This document shows positions 48,182 through 58,301 of a stretch of 64,000 bases of DNA, piece by piece. The stretch is from Octopus vulgaris (Eukaryota). The notes under the pieces were generated by a model. That model saw only the letters and a list, made by a program, of their open reading frames with translations. It had not been told where the DNA came from and did not search any database. Where the stretch lies: assembly GCA_951406725.2 (NCBI GenBank), contig OX597835.1:23498001-23562000 (forward strand), given 5' to 3'. Made by a program: the position numbers and the translations under genes. The number at the start of each line of letters is the position of its first letter. The first letter of the stretch is position 1.

Positions 48182-48571
48182 TTAGAAAACTGAGTTGAGC
48201 TGATGAAGCAGATTTTGAACTTCCTTTTGGCATTCCAGTTGCTCTGTATCGACCAAACTCTCTAATACAATCCTCAGTCTGTTTAGATCAAAGACAGAAT
48301 GGCATTTGTTGTTCAAAGGAACAAAATGTTCCTGAAACTCTAAATCTGCATTTGGATGCTGTGATACTTCAGCTGAAGTGTTCCTTGTCATCACTTCCTG
48401 TTCTTCCTTTTGTGACCCCTTGGTTTTACAATGTCCAACCCCACGGTCACACTCCTCATTTGTGCTACATTTGTCCGATTGACTCAGAAACTGAAGATGT
48501 TTGGTGCCAATGTTGTTGCAAAGTTCAAAGAAGTCTGTGTAGTCGGAACCTGTGAGAGATTTCAGCACCAC
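48182..48571 (-). CDS. JMJD4: JMJD4 exon 7 (390 nt, VVLKSLTGSDYTDF...FDLNRL...LNSVF*)
   Basis: ttctgtcag acceptor; stop TAA. Confidence 0.9.
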   Translation of the reverse strand: MVLKSLTGSDYTDFFELCNNIGTKHLQFLSQSDKCSTNEECDRGVGHCKTKGSQKEEQEVMTRNTSAEVSQHPNADLEFQEHFVPLNNKCHSVFDLNRLRIVLESLVDTEQLECQKEVQNLLHQLNSVF

Positions 48572-51500
48572 CTGACAGAAGAAACAAAACAAAAACAATC
48601 GAAGTTAAAAACCAAAAGGAAATGAAGATAAAAACTGCATTTTGTATTTGTTGTACATTTTTCCTGCATTTGCTTTGTAAATCTTAATTAGTAATACTTT
48701 TAAGTGCAGTAGTAACCACATCACTTTACTAGAAGTAAACTAGAGAATGACACTTGGCATGGAGCTCTCACCAGTAAGTCATACATGTAACTGTACACAC
48801 AAGAAACTATATAATATAAATTTGTGTGCATTTATATATGTATTTATATATATCATCATTGTGAAGGTGCATGACTCAGTGGTTAGAGCATGGGGCTTAT
48901 TATCATGAGGTAATGAGTTTGATTCCCAGACTGGGCTGTGTTGTTGTGTTCTTGAGCAAGACCTTTTATTTCATGTTACTCCAGTTCACTCTGCTGTAGA
49001 AATGTGTTGCGACATCATTGGTGCCAAACTGTCTCGGCCTTTGCCTTTCCCTTGGATAACATTGGTGGCATGGAGAGAGGAGGCTGGTATGCACAGGCAA
49101 CTGCTGGTCTTCCATAAACAAATTTTCCAAGACATGGGCCTTGGAGGGGAACTTTCTGGGTGTAATCCCATGGTAATTCATGACCAAAGGGGGTCTTTAC
49201 CCTTTATCCCTTTTTTTTTTTACATCATCATCATCATTTAACGACTGTTTTCCTTGCTGGTAAGCAGGAGAGCTGCACCAGGTTCCAGTCTGTTGTGGTA
49301 TGGTTTCTATGGCTGGATGCCCTTCCTAACACCAATCACTTTACAGAACATGTTAGGTACTTTTTACATGGCACCAACAGAGAGCTCTCGTAGGCCAATC
49401 CTCTTCAGCATTAACACTTCTACTGTGGGTATATATATATATATATATATATACCTGTGGAAGAGGTAGACCCAGGAAGATGTGGGATGAGGTGGTGAAA
49501 TATGATCTTCAGATGTCTCACAGAGGCAATGACAAGTGACCAACACTGCTGGCGATTTGCTGTGCTTGAGAAGACATGGCAAACTTTGTGAAATTGTAGT
49601 CATGGCCAATGCAGGTGACATGTAAAAATCATTTGGTACAAATTGGGGAGTGGTTGATGTTAGGAAGGGCATCCGGCCATAGAAACCAAGCCAAAACAGA
49701 TTGGAACCTGGTGCAGCTCTCCAGCTTACCAATTCCAGTCAAACCATCTAACCTATGTGACTCACCTGACATTGCTGGTTCCATCCTTCCATACCCTGAC
49801 AATCGGAGATTTCATTTTCGACGTCCTTTAAATTTCTCTTGAGAAAGTTCCAGGTAAGATCTATAGAGCAGCCATTCAGCCAGTTGTGGTTAATGGAAAT
49901 TGTGTCTTCCTACATCAATATATATACATATACACATCTATTAATATATTGAATAAAATTCCTAAAACAACTGTGTTCAAGATAAAATGGATTATGCCTT
50001 AGCAAAGAAGCACTTCGTTCACCCAAAAAGTGATCGTCAGAAGCCAATAATATTTACTAGCTGGACCCATGTAAAATTAACAGAAAACATAAAGAATGTA
50101 TCTGTAAATTGTGTGCTGGTGCCATTAGAAATGTTTCTATGTTCTGACACTTAGAGAATATATAGAAAGAAGTGTAAAACTGATAACTTTATAATCCAAC
50201 CAAAATATGTTACGCAAGCGTAAACAGAATTACTATTTAGCCTTAAAATACATTGTACATATTCAAAGAACCTTCTTGGTTTAATGGTATGGAACGTTAT
50301 TCTGGTATTCTTTTACTTGTTTCAGTCATTTGATGGTGGCCATGCTGGAGCACCGCCCTTTAGTCAAAGAAATTGACCCCTGGACTTATTCCCTGTAAGC
50401 CTGGTGCTTATTCTATCAGTCTCTTCTGCTGAACAGCTAAGTTACAGAGATGCAAACACACCAACATTGGTTGTCAAGCAATGGTGGTGGAGGGACAAAC
50501 AGACACACAAACACACACACACATATATATATATATAGGTGCAGGAGTGGCTGTGTGGTAAGTAGCTTGCTTACCAACCACATGGTTCCAGGTTCAGTCT
50601 GAAGAATGCACTAGAGATATTACCCTGTGTAACACGATTTATGTCCTTGGGTAGCAAGAACATATTTGCTTACACCTAGAAAGTATGGAAAAGGGCTGAT
50701 ATTCCCTTCAAACTTTGCTTTCATTGCATTTATCCAAACCCCAAAGAATTCCTCTCAATACACGGCTATGATACTCTCCCACTATTCCTGTTCATGAACA
50801 GAGATGCACATATTGTCAAGCACTAAGGGACATGCTGAAGTGGTTAAGGTCAAGCAATTGACAAGCAAATCTGTGGTACTGAGCAGAATATTTGCTATAA
50901 TATTTCTGCTTCAGTGACTCAGTGCCGAATCTGTTTGAAATGTAATGGGAAATAGGTCAGTTTCAAAGCATTGATGTTCAGGTCACAAAAGCAAAGTTTA
51001 AAGGAAATAGTAATGACTGCCTAAAGAAGAAATGGAATTGAGCACTAATGAATTTTTCATTAGCTTTAGAGTATTGCTGCTTAGAGCAGTCAGTTATTTC
51101 TAGAGTGTGGAACCTGTTTTTGTCTAAGAAGACTGGGCCACATGAGCAGTCCAACATCTTCATTATGGACAAACACGGCCTATCAACTTCTTGACTGTCA
51201 AAGCTCTGTTCATGAAATATGGGATTTATTTATAAAACAATGAAACACATAAACAACAAAATGTAAAGACTTTATAGCAGGAGTAGTTTACCATGTTCCA
51301 TAAAGACCCTCAGCAAGAGCAGCTTACCACATTCCACGATGACTTATCCAGAGCAGTTTACCATATTCCATAAAGAACATTAGCAAAAAGAGTTTACTAA
51401 CAAGAGAAGTTAACTACATTCTATAAAAACTTATTGAGTGTAGTTTACCCTATTCCATAAAGACTCATCAAGAGTAATTTACCACATTTCTATTTCTTTA

Positions 51501-54500
51501 CTACCCACAAGGGGTTTAACACAGAGGACAGACAAATGGATTAAGTCGATTATATCGACCCCAGTGCGTAACTGGTACTTATTTAATCGACCCCGAAAAA
51601 ATGAAAGACAATGTCGACCTTGGCAGAATTTGAACCCAGAATGTAAAGACAGACGAAATACTGCTAAGCATTTCGCCCGGCATGCTAACGTTTCTGCCAG
51701 CTCATTGCCTTGTCAAGAGTAATTTACCACATTTCATAAAGATCCTTATCGAGGGTAGTTTACCACATTCCATAAAACCCCTTATCTAGAAGATTCTACC
51801 ACATTTTGTACTTACCACATTCCATACTTGATGATGCCAACCACTGGGAACGAATATAATTTCTCCAGGATGTTGAATCACTTTGTATTGCTGTGAGAGT
51901 TTCTGATAGTTTGGGTACATCTCTGGGTTGTGAACATCCTCAGATGTGACATCAAATGCCAAATTACCAAATTTATCTCGCAGGTGCACTTCTTCACCTT
52001 TGGGAATAAAGGACACAAGAATTATAGACTGAATGGAACAGGGGTGGGATGGGGTGGGGGTGACAGATGTGGTGGATGGGAGATAGCGGGGTGGTGGTGG
52101 TGGTCTAAGTGGGGATACAGATGGTGGTGGTGGTGGTGAATGGGAATAGGGGTTCTCAAGGTGGTGAGCTGGCAGAAACGTTAGCATGCAGGGTGAAATG
52201 CTTAGCAGTATTTTGCCTGTCTTTTCATTCTGAGTTCAAATTCTGCTGAAGTCAACTTTGCCTTTCATCCTTTCAGGGTCGATAAATTAAGTATCAGTTG
52301 CTTACTGGGGTGGATCTAATTGACTGGCCCCTCCCCCAAAATTTTGGGCCTTGTGCCTAGAGTAGTGGGAGATGCAGATAGGGGTGGTGAATAGAAATTT
52401 TTTTGGTCTGTTTCACTCATTGGACAGTGGCCCTTCCCTGCTGGGGTACCACCATATCAACTTCAGTATTTAATTTTATTAGTTCGTAATCACCCTTGGA
52501 AGGTTGAACGGTAGAGTGGAGCCGATTTCTTTCCGCCCACCTACCATTTGCATCATTTTTTTTTTACTTGTTCCAGTCATTTGACCGCAGCCATGCTGGA
52601 GCACCACCTTGAAGTGTTTTTGTCAAACAATTTGACCCCAGGACTTATTCTTTGTAAGCCTAGTACTTATTCTATCAGTCTCTTTGCTGAACTGCTACAT
52701 TATGGAGATGTAAACACACCAACACCGGTTGTAAGTAATGGGGGGAGGGCGGCAAAACACAGACACAAACACACACACACATAGACGACGGGTTTCTTTC
52801 AGTTTCTGTCTGCCAAATTCACTCATAAGGCTTAGTCAGCCCAAGGCTATAGTAGAAGACAGTTGCCCAAGGTGCTCCACAGTAGGACTGAACTCAGAAC
52901 CACATGGTTGTGAAGCCTATGTCATTTCATGAAATTTTTTTACTTCTTCCATAAATGCTTGTACGGGCTGGACTGGTCTAACAATATCTTGCCTCCTTTC
53001 ATCTAGTACACACACAACACACTCTGTACCTACACCCAACCCTTTTTTTTTGACAGCTGGATACTTTTCCTATCAACAACTTCATCACAGTATTGGAAGG
53101 AAAGCATTTCTTTAAACGAATGACACTAAAGAGTTGCTTGTGGGGAAAAAGCAAAATGTGTTTTCGACTTTAAACCAGTCTTTTCCTTTTTTCTGAGTTA
53201 CTGCTTCCCTTGATGGGTTACCTGTGATGTGGTGTGTGGAGTGAATTCATTCAATTTTAAACCTTGCTTTACACCCAGCTGATCATCCTGTTACTAACCA
53301 CACGCACACACACACTACATATATATATATATAAAAACGTTTGTGTGTGTGCATTTATATATATATACACATATGTATATATAGATGTGCTGGTGGCACG
53401 TAAAAAGCATCAACTGTTCGTGGCCATTGCCAGTCTACCCTGGCACGTACGTAAAAAGCACCCACTACACTCATGAAGTGGTTGGCGTTAGGAAGGGTAT
53501 CCAGCTGTAGAAACACTGCCAGATCAGACTGGAGCCTGGTGCAGCCTCCTGGCTTCCCAGATCCCGGTTGAACCGCCCAACCCATGCTAGCATGGAAAAC
53601 GGACGTTAAAAGATGATGATGCTGCTGATATAAGTGTATATAGATATACATATATGTATATATAGATATAGATATATGCATATATAAATATATGTATATA
53701 TCATCATCATCATCATCATTTAATGTCCATTTCCCATGCTAGCATGGGTTGGACAATTTGACCAGAGCTGGACCAGTTTCCATTCTCATAAGGCTTGGTT
53801 CCTACAGCTGGGTACCCATCCTAATGCTAACCACTTTACAGAATGTGCTGGGTACTTTTGATACTGGCACCAGCACAGATGCTTTTTACATGATACTGGC
53901 ATGGATGCTTTTTATGTGGCCTGATAGGGGTGCCTTTTATGTGGTGCCTGCATGAGTACTTAGTACGTGACACCAGACACTGGGACATTTCAAGTGACAC
54001 CAGGCATGGGTACTTTTTACGTGACACCAGCACAGGGCTCTTACAAGGCAAGAGTTTCTTCTTCAGTTCCCTGCATTTCTCTTGGAGTTTCATAAAAATT
54101 AATGTCATGTTGATAATACTCTTGTTGGCTCTAAATGCATACAAGTGGAGGAGGGGTTTGATATAAATATCATTGGTTTTATGCACACACAATAAATCTG
54201 TGTGTGTGTATGTAGGGGTAATGGAGAAATTCTGTCTTCTACAAATTGATTTCCTGTCCAAATGTGAGATGCTGTAGAGATTATTCTATGTGATTAACAT
54301 GGGCAGCATCAGTATTGAGAAATAGCACTCCAATATCAGAGTGGAGGGCAAGTTGAACAGACAGCCCTATGGATGTGTGAAAAAGCATACCTGTGCATGC
54401 CTATGTTACTGTGTGAGTGTGTGTATTCATGTGCACAAGCCTATCTGTGTGTACATGTGTGTATGCATGCCTATATAACTGTGAGCGTGTGTGTGTGTAA

Positions 54501-57500
54501 ATGTGTGTTTGTATATTTGTGCTTGTGTTTGCATGTATGTACATGCATATCAGAGCTTGTGTGGAGGGGAAGGAGAAGAAAAGGTCTACAGTACCAGGTG
54601 GAAATAAGAGCCACTGTTTCTTTCCGCAGATATTTGCTGACCAGCTGTAGGAATGCAAAACATCAGCATGGAAGGGAGTCCTGAAAAAAATAACCAAAAT
54701 ATTTGGTCAGGAATTAACTCAATATTTATTTAACCCACCCTTTCATGCAGGTGAGCTGCAAGATGCAAGAGGAAAGAGTGAGAGAAAGTTGTGGCGAAAG
54801 AGTCAGTAGAAGTTCGCCATTACCTTCTGCCGGAGCCGCATGGAGCTTAGGTGTTTCGCTCATAAACACACACATCGCTCGGTCTGAGAATCGAACCCGC
54901 GATCCCTTGACCATGAGTCCGCTGCTCTAACCACTAGGCCATGTGCCTCCACACACACACACACACACACACATAACAAGAAACAAATAGGTAAATTAAG
55001 ATGGTGTTTGGAATATAACAAATAGGTATATTAAGATGGTGTTTAAGCTAAGAAGAATGGGTTAATATTTTTACTCAGCAATCAAGATTCCAATGTTTAC
55101 AAAGCCCGAAACAGGCTACAAACATCTAACTTTATTCACACAAACTCAGTATTTTTATCCATTCAACTGTTATTGAAGTGATGCCAGAAGCTTTCTTACC
55201 AAGATCCTTTCGGTCCCATGTAGACAAAACGGTAGTCATCTTTAGAGCTCTCACCTGTATCCCAAAACTCATTGAGCCAATCAGAACAAAAATACAAGGG
55301 TGTTTTGTAAGCATTGTATTCTGGGAAAGCTCTGAAAGAAATGAAGAAAACGTTTGCATAAACTTAAAAAAAAAAAATTCTGAAAAATTATAAATAACTA
55401 ACCCTCCTCTCAAAATTGCTGGTCTTGCACTGAAATCAAAAACCATTATTATTATTATTATTATTGAGTGAGAGAGCAGTGCATGCCATCAAAGTGACAC
55501 TGGGGTAAAATATACAAAGCCCAGTATACCCATCATGACTACCTGTCTGATAAGGGTACACCAGGCACATGCATCACAACCATATGTGCGCGACATGGTG
55601 ATCTCATATCGAGATAAACAGCACATGATCTTGCAGGTGGGGCCCAGTTAGAATTTTCTTCTGGTCGAGTAGCCCATCCCACTGAAAAGGTCCCTGAATA
55701 TGGGTTGTTTAAGAATGTTGAACGAAACACTCATGTTTTCAAAGGTGAATTATTCAAACCCCAAAGAATCCCTCTCAACACATGGCTATGATGCTCCTCC
55801 ACTACTTCTGCTTGTGATCAGAGATGCACAGATCGTCAGCCACTAAGGGACATGCTCAACTGGTTAAGGTCAAACAACTGACAAGCAAATCTGTGGTATT
55901 GAGCAGAATATTTGCTGTAGCCCATCTTTTATACCAAAACAAAACAATGTACATTATTATTATTATTACTAATAATATTATCATTATTAATATTTATAGG
56001 ATTGAGGTAACTCCTCCAGAAGATATAGAAGCAAAAAAAAAACTTCTTTTTTTTTGCTTTTATCTCTTCTTAAACCTAAAAATATTAACCAAAATGAAGT
56101 AGATTGACATCATCATCATCATCGTTTATTTTTTGACATGTTTATTTTTTGAACCTGTGTAAGACAGACAGATTAAGTACCAAGCTTAAAAAAGAAATAA
56201 GTGCTGGGGCTGATTAGTCTGACTAAGACTACTGAAGGTGGTGCTCCAGCATGGCTGCAGTCTAATGACTGAGATGAGAAAAAGAGTAAAAGATTAACAG
56301 ATGAGATTTCTTACCTTACAAAATGCCAGTCTTTGAGATAAAGACACTGGTTATCGGAAGGATAGCTATTTGAAATGTAATCTTGCCAATATTCCAAATA
56401 ATCAGAAAATGTCTGTTCTACTTTTGGATGGGAATCAAATTCCTTTTCGTTACAAATTGCTACTGGAACTTTTGCATTTCCTGCAAGGCCAAAAGAGAAA
56501 AAAAACAGTTTAGTTTATATATTTGATAATGCAATTTGAGAATAAATACATCATTTGTTGGTTATTGATAGATTGGCACTCTGTTGGTTACAGTGACGAT
56601 GGTTCCAGTTGATCCGATCAATGGAACAGCCTGCTTGTGAAATTAATGTACAACATCAATGGAATTTGATCTGAACGTGGCCGTAGCCAGCACTGCATCG
56701 ACTGGCCTCCATGCCGGTGGCATGTAACAAACACCAACCGATCGTGGCCATTGCCAGCCTCGCATGGCCTCCATGCCGGTGGCATGTAACAAACACCATC
56801 CGACCGTGGCCATTGCCAACCTCGCATGGCCTCCGTGCCGGTGGCATGTAACAAACACCATCCGATCGTGGCCGTTGCCAGCCTCGCAAGGCCTCCGTGC
56901 CGGTGGCACATAACAAACACCATCTGATTGTGGCCATTGCCAGCCTCATCTGGCCTCCGTGCCGGTGGCACGTAAAAAGCACCATCTGAGCGTGGCCGTT
57001 CGCCAGCCTCGTCTGGCACTTGTGTCGGTGGCACGTAAAAAGCACCCACTACACTCACGGAGTGGTTGGCGTTAGGAAGGGCATCCAGCTGTAGAAACAC
57101 TGCCAGATCTGACTGGCCTGGTGCAGCCTTCGGGCTTCCCAGACCCCAGTTGAACCGTCCAACCCATGCTAGCATGGAAAGCGGACGTTAAATGATGATG
57201 ATGATGATGAAGTGGCTAAGTACACCACAGACATGCGTACCCTTAACGTAATTCTCAAGAAGATTCAGCGTGGCTCAGAGTGTGACAAAACTGGCTCCTT
57301 TGAATTAGAGGTGCAACTTATTTTCATCAGCTGTAGAGACTGGAGCAACATGAAATAAAGTGTCTTGCTCAAGGACACAATGTTCTGTCAGGTATCGAAC
57401 TCACAACCTTACAATCATGAGATGAATACCCTAACCACTAAGCCACAAGCCTTTACTATTGGTAATTGATATCCAATGAATCAATTACTGATTTACTGCA

Positions 57501-58226
57501 TTTCCGACAGTAAGAACGAGAAAGGAGTGTGTGTAACTTGAGGCAGAACAAATATCATTAAATTCTTCATCCAAAGCTTATGAAGTTTTCAACGGTCTCT
57601 CTGATCTTTTCTCTTTTACTCGTTTCAGTCATTAGATGGTGGCCATAGACGTGAAGAGAAATATGCTGACATACATAAACAGGGTCTTACCATATACTGA
57701 GCAAATGAAGGATTATATAATTTGTTTTTAATGGGTGAACTCAAAGTGGATAAAGCTATAAATAATAGCTTGTAAATATTGGTGTCTAAAATTCCTTTGG
57801 ATAGGGAAAAAAATGCAGAAGGTTGGTAATGGGTCTTTTTCTACCCAAAGAGCATTTTAACCCTGCTTTATCTGCTTTGAGTTAACAGTGAAAAACGAGA
57901 GGTGCAAGCATGGCTGTGTGGTAAGAAGCTTGCTTCCCAACCACACGGTTCTGCGTTCAGTCCCACTGTGTGGCATCTTGGGCAAGTGTCTTCTACTATA
58001 GCCCCGGGCCGACCAATGCCTTGTGAGTGGATTTGGTAGACGGAAACTGAAAGAAGCCTGTCATATAGCTGTGTGGTAAGTAGCTTGCTAACAAACCACA
58101 TGGTTCTGGGTTCAGTCCCACTGCGTGGCATCTTGGGCAAGTGTCTTCTACTATAGCCTCAGGTCGACCGAAGCCTTCTGAATGGATTTGGTAGACAGAA
58201 ACTGAAAGAAGCCTGTCGTATATATG

Positions 58227-58301
<75 letters not shown>

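Noticed and set aside
54870-54952. tRNA-like sequence with A and B boxes
   Set aside because: No acceptor stem pairing; it continues into a SINE body, so it is a SINE head rather than a tRNA gene.
56676-57050. Regular 62-bp array resembling a CRISPR array, with 88-185 aa ORFs across it
   Set aside because: Whole units repeat with no unique spacers, there are no cas genes, and the context is a eukaryotic intron. The ORFs are by-products of a GC-rich minisatellite.
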